Shown here: positions 1 to 11,930 of the stretch, one piece after another
How positions within the stretch are numbered: position 1 is the first letter of the stretch
Layout: each line of letters opens with the position of its first letter
Assembly: GCA_043228905.1 (NCBI GenBank)
Contig: JBHGNT010000005.1
Location: 4,898,001-4,962,000, forward strand
Source: Azolla caroliniana
Taxonomy: Eukaryota > Plantae > Polypodiophyta
Reading direction: 5' to 3'
Length of the DNA: 64,000 bases
Made by a program: the position numbers and the translations under genes
Notes under the pieces: model-generated
Database searches by the model: none
What the model saw: the letters and a program-made list of their open reading frames with translations, nothing else
What the model was told of the DNA's origin: nothing

Positions 1-709
1 TAGTACTTGCAATCATAAGTAAGCTGAGGTAATAACATATACTTCGTGCAAAAGGCTCATGAGGTTGAAATCTAGCAAAACTTCGAAATTACAATGTTAA
101 TTTTCGTGAATAGTCATTTCCTACAGATGGCAAAGTACTTTCCTAGGCAATAGTCATTTGCTCCATCATTGATCACAAGAATTCTACAAAGAAAATGGCT
201 TGGGAACAAGGTTTATTATGTAGAAAATTCCAATCAATGCAAGAGATGACTAGCAAAAGAATGTGTTCAACAAACAAATACAAAAAATTGTAACCAATTA
301 ACCACCTATAAACACACAAATGAGGAAAAAACCGAATATTAAATCAACAGTGCTGATATTTTCCCTTACACTCCACTCGAAAGTTTTTTATCATATGCCA
401 GGTGACTTCCCCCATGACAATTTGAGAACCTTTTGTATATAATAAACACACTAGATATTGCCATGAAGCAGTTTTACAAAACAGATCCCCTTTCTTTTCT
501 ACAAAATTCTCCATTTCTCTTCATCAAGCTCCTTTCTGTCTAATATAGCAAAAAGGCACATAATGTAGAAGCTTTGCTTTTCGTATCCTGAGGATCATTC
601 ACAACATCACATTCCCAAAGTGTTTCAGGCAACTTCTAGTATATCTTTAAGATACAGAAAGAAGTTTTAGAACATGTTGAAAAGCCAGACAAATTTGCCA
701 CCTGTAGAA

Positions 710-3700
710 TCAAGCCAGATAGTTGTATATCTGTGGGTTTCCTTTGTCCCTTTCCAGATACTCTCTATCAATCAAGCTCTCTATCCTTTTCTTCAAGTCT
801 GCGGGCTTTATTGGAAATTTGAGCTATAGACAACCAAACAATAATAAAGCTCGTTACATAAGCATTTACGGCAATACATCACCCACAGAATAATCTAAAT
901 CCAAGAAACCCGAAAAATGGACGCACAACCTGTTGGAAGAGCTCAGTTATCAGCAAAGTATGGCTCAGAACCTTTCTTGTCTTCATGATGCGAACTATCG
1001 CAGCATCTATCTGCAATGAGACCCACGTAACTTTCAAACCATTTCATAAAACAAAAATACTCTTAATCAGGAATTCTTCATTATGATTTTTGATTACCTG
1101 ATACTGTCTATCCTGAAAGACCCTTTCTGTTGTACTTGTATTTTCTTCAATGGTTTCTTTCAGCTGAATGGCATTGACCTACATCCATAAAAGAAGTTCA
1201 GTTATAATGCTGATCTTCAACATGGGACACATTGCCTTAAAAAGCAGAGAGATCATTGCTTATGCCTTTATTCGGAAAAGGGGGGCAACGAAATCTTCAT
1301 TGAAAGCAAAGGAATCTTCATCCTCAACATCTCTTCCTTTAGGTTCCTGCAAAAAGCACAGAAGGTAATTAGAGCATGCTAACAGCTTCGACCTCACGAT
1401 TCTTGACAACTTTAGTCATTCATCCTTGAAGCTGCAAAGTAAAAGGACTACAATATCATGGAAGCAGATCAAATATGCTAAGATAACAACACATGGAATG
1501 TATAAAAAACATCTTACCTTTCAAATTAATTATATGCGTTCAAATTTTATACCTTTGTCAAGACTCTAACTTTCCCACAGGCTAAAGACTGAAGAGTTCT
1601 GCGAAGCTCTTTGTCCTCAATGGCTGTAGTGTCTTTGATTTCTTGGAAACTTAGCCTATCAACACTATTGAACAGCATCAATACCACTGTCTACACATGC
1701 AGACAGAAATCAGCACAAACATTCGAAAATCTTCGCAATGATATAAACAAAGCTTTTGAATATATGTACATACCTGGAAAAGCGATACTGATAGTTCTTT
1801 CTTCCCCTTGGGATAATCAGCTTTCAAAACACAATGACCCAAAGAGTTCTGCCACATAAGCCTACGCCCACTATGCTTGCTTAGATAGAACTCTTTAAAA
1901 ATGTCCTGCATCCAAATAAATAATGATCAATGCACTAAAAACTTCAATACAACAAAACCATATGGCTGTTACCAAATGGCATCCCCAAAATACCTCCTTT
2001 TCAGGATAATGACTTTGATTTCCCTTCTGTAACTTTATACTTCAGATTTTGAACGTAATTGTCATATGAGAAGCATTACTTTTCTTTCCCATCATTTTCA
2101 GAAGACCATCTTGCAACTATCTAATGTGGTGGACAATGAGACATTAAAGGCAATCTAGTTATGTTTCGTACAGAAACCAACAGAGATTATGATAATGATA
2201 AAATTGTTATGTTACATTGATTGGATGCAGAATGTAACTAGAGCCAAAGTTAACAGACATTCCAGGACATTTTAAAATTTACATCAACTTTCTCAACACT
2301 AAGATTATGCCATTAATCTAGTGTTTCAAACCTTAATTTAGTGAATGGTCTCCTCTTTCAACAAATTTATTGTCATCGTCACTATAAATTCACAATATAA
2401 TGGCATGTCATTCACATATTGTACTATAAAGTGAGTCAGTGAGGATTGTCCTTGTAATTTAAAAAAGTAACCAAATAGAATGCAGGCACTACATTTATGT
2501 CACCATATTTAGTGGCTCCCATATATTACTTATGTATATTAAGATATAACCAAGTGGCCCTTCCAATACCTATAATGTTGTCTCCCACAACACATAACCC
2601 ACCATATTTCCAGCTAGATTCAAGAAAAGTCACATTGGAAAATATCCACTTACCACGTGTGCACTAAACACGCAAAGGTCTTACCTGATACACATTAGAT
2701 TCGTGAGGTAGCCTAACTTCCATAGGTGGGTATGTTGGCCAGTACCTTCAAGATAAAGCAAAACTAACAGTTAGTAAGAAATGACATTGCAATGGGTGAG
2801 ATAAATGCATCGAATTACATTGAAAATCATCAACAATTAAAACAAAAACTGCTTCTAGAATACTAAGAAAATACATATCCTAGATCAGTTTATCACATGG
2901 CTTCTGGCACCTTACCCAGTTGTTAATACATGCACACTCATCTCAATGCCAGGAGGTAACTTGGTTCTAGCTTGCGAAGACTGCTTAAAAGACTCATTAA
3001 TTTCCTTTGAGAGTTCAATATCCTGATACAGAAAGATGATGTCACATCTCCTGAACTGTGAATATATCCCTGAAGGTAATAATTTGTTAAGCTAGCTTAC
3101 TTTGAACATGCCTTCCAGTTTATTTGTGAATTGGCTACCACATTCTGTTTTGAGCTGTAGCAGTAACAAGGCCATTTTACATATCCAACCCAATAAAAAA
3201 CATTATGCAACACAGTGATGTGGAAAAACACAAGAAAACCAAGTGACCTTGGAAATCATTGACTTCTCAGCATCAATGGATGCACTTTTCCCTAGAAGGA
3301 GCCTTTTTGCCAGATCCTTCTTATAGAATGCTTCAAATACATCTTTACCCTAGTAAACACAAGCAAAAGTATAGTCAACAGTCTCTGTAACTGTTAAAAA
3401 CACTAACAATGCAGGTATCATTAAATTCTGTATTATATAGGTTCTAACCTGTATAAATCTGAACAATATAAGCACTCTATCCAAGGTACTTTCGAGCTCC
3501 TCTTCAGATGTACCTTTATTACCAGCCCTCAGCTTGGCATCGATGAACTTTGCAATTAGTTCTGCTGGTCGATTCTGCATTGCATGTTAAAATGAGAGAA
3601 AACAATGGTTAAGAACCTAGACCAATCAGGAAACAACCATAATGATTCAAGCAGCACCTGACGCAAATTGATAAGGTGTTCAAATGCATCCTTAATAGCA

Positions 3701-6700
3701 TTGGCAAAAGCTTCATTTTTGGAGAAGCTCTCCTCCCAAACCATATCAAGACGGGCTTTGAAATCTAGAAGCCATGAAACCATGTCTTTGTCTTTTTCAT
3801 CATCCATAATAACACCATTACCAGAGGCCTTAATGTATGCACTTAGTGATTGTTTAAGCAGCTCTAAAGCTCCAACCCTTGAGAACAAGTTATGCATTCG
3901 TTGAAGGTCAGAAATCCGATTTGCATCCATCAGCATACTAAATCCCTGTGTGATGAAGTTTCATATAAAATTAGCTGGATTCCAGTGTATGTGAAAATTT
4001 CAAAAATACCCCAGAATCGTTCTTTATTTTCCCAAATCCCTGAGTCATTATTTCTCCAAAAAACCCTTGGAGAACGCCACACAGGGAGAAAAAGTTGAAA
4101 TTTTGCTCAAATAACACATGCTTCTTTTGTCTTGACAGGAGCATTTGGGGAAATAATGAAAACGCAAGGCACAGGAAAGTAAAGAAAAACTCAGGGGTAA
4201 GTCAAGAGTTTTCCCCTACATAGGATACCTATAGTAGCTGACCTTATCCAAAATGACTGATGTGTGGCGTTCAAGGAGCTGTTTTTCAGCAGTAGCAACT
4301 AAAGCCTTACGAGTAGTAGCATCCAAGTAGACCAAGCATCGCTCATGCTCTTCATGTAATCTGACCTGTATGTATGAGATTACTTTAAGAAATCAGAAAC
4401 CTTTTCAGACACTCGATTGTTGCAAAATAACAATGAGCATTTCTAACCTCAACATGCTTGAGATAATCCGGTACATCTGTCTGTTGCATAAATCGAGTTC
4501 CTTCTGCAGCATAGAAGTCTGATGTACAAGAAATGAAGGGTTTTTCGAAGCTCTCCACATAAATACTCAAAGCACTGAACATTCGAAGAAGGTGTTTTAA
4601 GAGGGTCCGATCAACAGTCTCACCCAGTCTGTCTCAAGCCATCTACCGATGTCAAGATGGAACCATTGCCACATCAACAAGCTAGTATTAAAACAAGCAA
4701 ATGTGCATATGGAATATACCTTTCTTTTTCAATGACTTTTAGTAGACCATTCACCGTCTTCTGCTCAACTTCTGAGCATAACGCCAAGTGCTTGCGGAAG
4801 AGTTGTAGACCCATATCCCATAGTGACCTTGCATTTGAAGCCTGTATCACATATGTTCGATCCAAATATAGCGCTATGCTACGGATCATCAACATCTGGT
4901 CACAATGATCATGCCAGCACTTTTCAACAAGTGATAGAAAGACCACGGCATCCGGACTTTGACCAACTAAAGATTGCAGTTTGTTAGCTATGTGCATCTC
5001 ACATTCTTGCTGAAGCCGATTATAGAGATTGCTTGCCATTTTGTGCACGCATAAGTCCTCGACTGCCTGCAAGAAAATCAGTCAAATTGAAAATTTATGA
5101 ATATCCAAATTTTACACTGTAAAAGCACTCAAACTACTCCGAATTCCTTACTCGATAAAGTTCCTCTAAACTGCATGATACAGGCTGCTTTAAATGTATG
5201 GCAGTAACTGCTTCCCGTATTTTAGCCCATGTTACCTCTTCAAAATTTGTTGGAAGCTTTGGTTTGTCTAAAAGAAATACAATATATCAGAAAATTGTAA
5301 TACAGACACAATGTATAAATATATTAAGAATTTAAAAAATCTTAATCTTCACTGATCAATCATCAATGCATTATTCAAGTAGACATGGTTTTTACATTGC
5401 TTCAACCTAAGGAACTGACTATAGTGAGCAAGAATGCCATTCACATTGGAAAGAGTGTCATTAGTGAAAGATTGATACTCATTACCATAAATGTGCAAGT
5501 AACACTCAGAAGCAATTAAGCAAGTAGACATGGGCTAAATATTACAAAATAAAAGATACACCTAAAATTTACATAACTATAAGTTTCCAGATGTCTATCA
5601 CACATGATCTGACATGCACAAAAAATTTGAGCACTATCATTTTCAATCCTCTCTTCTTGTGAATTATGCCATTATGTAGATTATTTGCACAAAACAGAAA
5701 AATACAATCCATTTAATTTCCACACTCTGCTAATAATACATAGATAACAAAAGTGGTTAGTATATGACACTTGAGTTCTAATTTGGAGCAAACTTCATAT
5801 TCAAAACTTTCATTGAACAACTTCTTTAAGTTTTTCAAATTTGTTTTAAATGTTTCCATTTTGATGTGGTAATTGGGAATAGAAAATGTCCAGACCACCA
5901 TGTAATGCAAATTATAAGAAAAAACAAAAAACTTTTTAGGATTTCTGTAGAAAGACTATACTTTTTCTGATTTTGGTTCCTCTATAAAGGTTTCTAACTG
6001 GCACCTAGAAAAATTCAAGCAGCTACTTTGCTGAATGATGGCACCTTGCATTAGCAGACTATTCCTACCATAACATGACCTTATCGGGATGCATTGCAAA
6101 TTTACTGGAATTTGCTAGTAACATTTCCAGATTCAGCTGGATATTGTTCCCGTCAATAATATTTCCAGCTGAGTACAAAGTTTAGTATAAACTTTCATAT
6201 ATTCCCTACGTTGAATTTTGTTTCATAACCAGAAAAGTTTTCATTTCTGACAGAACGTGCACATATATTCCCAAGCACTAGGATTCTAGACCACTTTCAG
6301 CACACTGATTAATTAACCCCTAACAAAGATCAATTTTAGAAAGAACTCACCTTTGAAAGGTTTGATGACTAATCGTTTCGGTTGAGGAGGAGTGGCCTTC
6401 TTTCGTGAGAGATTTGCAGCAGTTCCAGAAATAGACGAGGATCCAGATAAACCTTCTGCCTTCATATCCATGAGGATATCCTCTGGACCGTTGTCTCCTA
6501 CACCTGCGGAAGGATTGAAGAGTTGTGCACCATCAGATCTAGGGTTAAGGCCATCAGGCAAATTTTGATGCTGTTGTTGTTGTTGTTGTTTAGGTTTCTT
6601 GATCATTGTGTCGTTATAAGAGTCCGAGGCTGAGGGGACCGTGATGGCGGAGGAGGAACTGAAGCTAGTTGAAATCTGGCTTAATGGCCTCTTCGGATGA

Positions 6701-6705
6701 GACAT
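710..6705 (-). CDS. CUL4: Cullin-4, scaffold of CRL4 E3 ubiquitin ligases; 17 exons, 828 aa
   Basis: Exons: 6705-6351, 5267-5152, 5066-4720, 4628-4448, 4365-4243, 3945-3658, 3574-3449, 3349-3248, 3154-3101, 3022-2916, 2745-2685, 1905-1774, 1690-1553, 1346-1266, 1178-1098, 1010-930, 823-710. Total 2487 nt, in frame. Motifs: [74 protein letters not shown], neddylation motif [12 protein letters not shown]-terminal QIYNYLA*. Confidence 0.97.
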
Positions 6706-7146
6706 GGGAGGGAAGGCCTGGCATCTATCTGACAATTTCCTCTCCTTCTACTGCCTTCCTTCTCTGTTTCTTTAGGTTCTACCTTCCCTCTGCTTCCTTT
6801 TCTTGTTTCTGCTTCCACTCAAACTCTCACTCTCACTACTTCCTTTTTGTTGCTTCTGCGCTCTTCTTGCTTCCCTTTCCGTCGTCTTCCTGTTAGGACA
6901 TCTACGTCTGTAACTATCTCTGCTTTTACTTCTTTCACTATCTCAGTTTCAGCTTCCGTTTCTAATTATTCTTTTCCTTCTCCGGTTCCTATGCAGGGAT
7001 ACGTCTGCGCTTCTGCTTCGTTTTCTGCTTCTTCCGAGGAGATATTTCTGTGCGAGGAGGAGCTGGAAGGAAGAAATCTAAAGGAAGAAGAACAACCAAG
7101 AAAGAAAGCGCGTCCTTTCCTGCTTTTCTGTCAGTTTCCTTCTCTG

Positions 7147-7149
<3 letters not shown>

Positions 7150-7177
<28 letters not shown>

Positions 7178-7360
7178 GGACTCTGCTATTTTTCCTTCTC
7201 TCCTACCTGTTGTGAGTCGTCTGTTTCTTCTTCTGCTGCTGCTGCTGCTGCTGCGGAGACACTTCTGTGGGAGGAGGGGCTTCGCCCCCGATCGGCCGAT
7301 CGAAGTAAAGAAGAGAAGAAGAAGAAGAAGAAGAAGAAGAAGAAGAGAAAGAGGAGGAGA
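7150..7360 (-). repeat. Microsatellite cluster (GA)n, (CAG)n, (CTT)n in the probable CUL4 5' leader/promoter
   Basis: Directly visible on the plus strand: (CT)n at about 7152-7178, (CTG)n at about 7232-7253 and (AAG)n at about 7315-7345, upstream of the CUL4 ATG. Confidence 0.85.
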
Positions 7361-10300
7361 CGGTGCATAGCCTCTCACAGTCCACTTTCCAAATATCCCC
7401 AACGATGCCCTTCCCTTCGGTTCTCAGTATTTACAATAATGCCCCCGCGCATCCTCACCAAACAAAAACTAAACGAAAGAAAGCCAACCCAACGTGTAGG
7501 TGGCTAAACTATCGTCTCCTCTCCTTCCTTTGTCCGTGAGGACAGCATTACGCACACATTAAAGACCATTTGACTATACCCTACACCCCTCTTAGGACGA
7601 ATTGTCCATGGAGCTGATTCATGACAGCTTGCTAAAACAACTTTTCCTCTTTTCAATTGTGTATTTGATGTGGTACTCCATTGACGTGATACCATTATCT
7701 CAATTACAATGCTCAACACCACATATATCGCAACAATCATTTTGTGATTGATATAAACCTAGGTTTGCACCTTCCTTAAAATAATGCTTAAAATAACAAC
7801 AATAAGTAATATAGCCCATGGTAAAGCTCGTTAAGTCAAAAATCTAGCTAATATCAATGTTGTATGTGACAAAACAGAGTCTGAAGCAAAACATTGGTGC
7901 ATGAGGAGAATAGAAAGATAACATGAGAAACAGGAAGTAAACATGGTTGAAACCCAAGGAGAGGAGAACTTTGAGAAACATGAAAGCAATCAAAGACAAT
8001 TTACCAATTATAGCTACCAAGCTCATCTAAATGGGACTCCACAATTAATGAGCCAATATCAATGTGGATGTTTCTCAACATATGAGTTACATAGCAATTT
8101 GCAAGAAATCAATTCAAAATGTAAAAAATGGTACCAAGTTTTGTTTTTATTAAATAGTAACCAAAGTAAGCACCATAACTTTCAAAAGAAGTAAGTGTAT
8201 GCATGAGTGAGTGTGTGTGTGTATGTGTGTTGATGCTACATTAAGTTTAAAAAGCTACAAAGAAGCCTTCTAGAGATCCTTCCAATTGTTCAAAGACCCA
8301 ACGGTTGATAGATAATCTCTTGGATGATGAGAAACAAACCAAGCAATTCACAAGAAATTCAAGAGTTCATACATCTATTCAAAATCTCAACAATAGCATT
8401 AAGTTTTTATTTTTCATATACAATGGAGCTGTTAAGAGCAAAAAGTAACACTATTGAGGATTACAAGGAAATCGTAGAAACTTTTACAGATAGGGATTTC
8501 CATAAAAGTAAATGCCCAAGTAAGCCTCATAGTAAAATACCATGTGTCTAGATGTGTGCGTGAAAGTCTCATATACGTCCTAATTGTTCAAAGACCAAAA
8601 GATTGATGGGTAATCTTTTGAATGATAAACAAATAAATGAATTGGAATGATCGTTGAAGTAGGATGGTTAAATGCCATGTTGTTGCATTGAGAAAAGCAG
8701 TGTGCATCAAACGTATGAAAATCAAACCACCAAAAACATTTAGTACAACATGAATCCAATAACATTGCAAACCCATGAAATTCCTATTCTTAGATATTAT
8801 AAAAGTTGCTTAGACCTCTACACATAGCAGCTCATATAATACTTAAACCTCTATGTGAATGTCATAGCTAGCTAGATGAAGATGTTATCAAACCAATATC
8901 ATTTTGTGCAACACAAACACAATACTGAAGCAGACCTACAAAACCACCCCATCATTAGATATAATATAACTTAGTTGAACCCCTATGTGAATATCGTACT
9001 CCGCAAATCACTAATTTGATAGCTAAGGCCAATGTTGGCAAAGAAATAAGAGAAGAATATCATTTATGGAGCTTGTGGAACCATATACTATGGACATTGT
9101 CATGCCTACCATTGTTAATAATCGCAACTTTATATTGAAGAATTTCTTGAGAGGTGTCTACCTACCACTGTTACATGAATAGATAGATAGATGCTTTCCT
9201 GATTGTAATTATCACCAAAAATATTGGACAATTTCATGAAAACAATCCCTTCCATTCAACACCCAGTCTATTCACCTGCCATACATGATACACTCATGAT
9301 TCACTTAAATAACTCATTTCACTTATTATGATTTTCAAATTGCTCATGTTTCCATTCCGATTGCATATATTTGAGTTTGTCAGCAGAGATCAAATCACAT
9401 CTTGTTCAAGATGCAATTTCACATCTTTTAAAACGAGATTTACTTAGAATTAATCAAATGATTGGTGATTGATGAAATGAATGAAAAAAACTGCATGCAT
9501 GCCATCAACCATGGTTTGACAAAGTTATGCCAAAAAGTAGACGTTGTCACTGGTAAACCAATTATGCACCACAGAACCATATATTTTCCTCTTACATTTG
9601 GCATACATAAAAGAAAACTGCAACATGATAAGTTCATTTCTCAATGGAGATATATAACATGGAAGTAAATGAAGGATATAAACAATATGGAACTAAATGA
9701 AGGAGATAATATGACACCAAATGAAGGAGATAAATAAAATGGAACCAATGTAAAAAATTATAATCAATGGATACAGGAATAGTTATGACGCAAAAACACT
9801 GAACACTAGTGTACAAAAAATGCTATTGAAATCACCACTAATGGTTTGAATTAAAACAATGAAGGGGGTTTTTATTTTGTTTTTAAAAGGGGTTCTGAAT
9901 TGCTTTATTCCAAGGATTTACCTCTGTAAATCCTAAACTTTTAGTAAGGGTTTAGGGCTTTAAAAACAATGAAAGGTATATACATTGCGTTTTAGGGTAA
10001 AGCAATGGATTTTACCTGCTCTCAACTGATTCAATTTAGCAGAGTGAAAATGATTTACAGCATTTAGATATAGCCCTCTTAATTGAGTGGCAGTAATGCC
10101 TTAATAAAATTTTATAAATAATGTGAACCCATCATTGTGTGCAATCAAAGCTAAAAAGGTGGAATTGTACTCTTGTAGACTTTAATATAGAAGAAAATGG
10201 AAAATGTATGAAATTTCCTAAACTGTAAACTAGGTGCACATTAGTAAACACCACAATAGAAAGACAACAGAAATCAAGGGACACTAAACTACATATGAAG

Positions 10301-11930
10301 GAATCATAAATATCACATTATTTGGCCAAGCTCACAAAAGCAACACATTTACTTGATCAATGGACTTTCCATAAAGCCTTGTTGATCAACTAAATAACAA
10401 TCTGTTAAGTTATTGCAAGAGCCTCATAATTAAGTAACAAAAGACAGTTTGCAGACTGTGATGTATGAAACACGTTTAAATTCCCTTGCATTAAACTCGT
10501 TTCTTTTCATTTATCAAAGAACTTTAAAGAATCTTAAGGACAAGCCAACGAGACTTCTAATCCCCTGAAGGAAAACATGACAATGCAACTAACACAAGAA
10601 CAGTTCATTAAAAATATCTAAAACTACCTATACACAGTCAGAGTGAATTCCCTACCCTAAACAAACCAAAAAATGCAGTAGCTGAATACAACATACCCAT
10701 ATAGGACTCTGCTAAATGTATAATATTGAATATTACCCTAAACATATACAACATAACCAATCAGCCACAAGATTTCTTGTGTACACCATATGGAGACCAT
10801 TGCATACAATGACTTTTGCATCAATGATAAGAAAACTTTCAACTACAAATGCTAATATAGAAATAATTTAAGCACTTTCTCAACCCCTCCACCCACCCTA
10901 TCTTGGCTTTACCACCATATGTTATAGGCCACTCTCCAGAATGAGATACTTTAATCAGATATAAGTAAAAAACGTAGCCTGGTCAAGCTTTTTGAAACAA
11001 ATGGGAGATTATCTAAAGGCAGAATACTGCCCCCAAAACGCAGTTTGGCTACAAAACTGGCAATAAACCATTCCTTGGCCTCTCATTTTTTCACTTGTTT
11101 TTTGGGGAAAGAGATCTGAATTCTGAATGGACCTTATCAATCAATTCATTTTGATAATGTATAAAAAAACTGGCAACAGAATATATATGATTGTCCAGGC
11201 ATCTTATCTACAATGGCTATGGCAATGCATACTTCACGTATCCCCAGGATTCCGTGATATCTAGAAACACATGCTTGGCAGAGAGACAAAACCCAATCCC
11301 GAAGACTTAATAATATATCATTCACAGAAGACATACACAATAGCATATAGACCTCAAGAACACACACAAGTTACTGCAAACAGGTAGGACTTCAGAAGAA
11401 ATCTAGACAAAGATGGACCATATTTGTCCAAAAATTGAATCGCATACTTGTACGATATGTGTAAGCCTAAGGTCTTTCTATGTTCATCCAATATATAATC
11501 CAATTGGTTTTCCCATGACTACTTCACCACAAATAGACCAGCCACAACTGTACCATGGACAGGACAAACTGGTACTCTGCCTGGCAACTTAACTGCCAAC
11601 TCATTTGTTGGGAACATGATGATGTATTGCTGAGAAACCAAACTCGACCACATGACGACAACGGCAGAGGACCAGATGGGATACCATCCACACACTGAGA
11701 CCTTGACTGACTGCAAACCGAAAACAGTGTTAACATAGACATAGGACCATCCTCAAAATGCAAGGGAAGGAAGTAACATAGGAAAATACTCGGCGTGGTA
11801 CTGAAAAATCCCAACGAAGCTAAAAAGAAATTAATTTATGTTTCTATGTACCAACGTTCCTACTGTATACAGTTTACTAGCCTAACATATAGAACACGCG
11901 CAATTTATTGGATAAACTAAATTTACGTAC

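Noticed and set aside
930-1346. Three consecutive 81-nt CUL4 exons
   Set aside because: They share no sequence similarity and encode different conserved parts of the C-terminal domain, so this is probably coincidence rather than exon duplication.
3982-4226. Possible MITE in CUL4 intron 5
   Set aside because: Only loose inverted ends and no convincing TSD.
6669-7402. Several overlapping 60-137 aa ORFs upstream of CUL4
   Set aside because: They are products of stop-free microsatellites and purine skew, with homopolymeric translations. The ORF-track start at 6735 is a TTG; the real ATG is at 6705.
9930-10000. TTTAGGG telomere-like motifs
   Set aside because: Isolated single units rather than an interstitial telomeric array.
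11375-11522. Possible second 3'-UTR intron of the zinc-finger gene (NMD trigger)
   Set aside because: The candidate donor GTAGTC is weak and cannot be supported from sequence alone.
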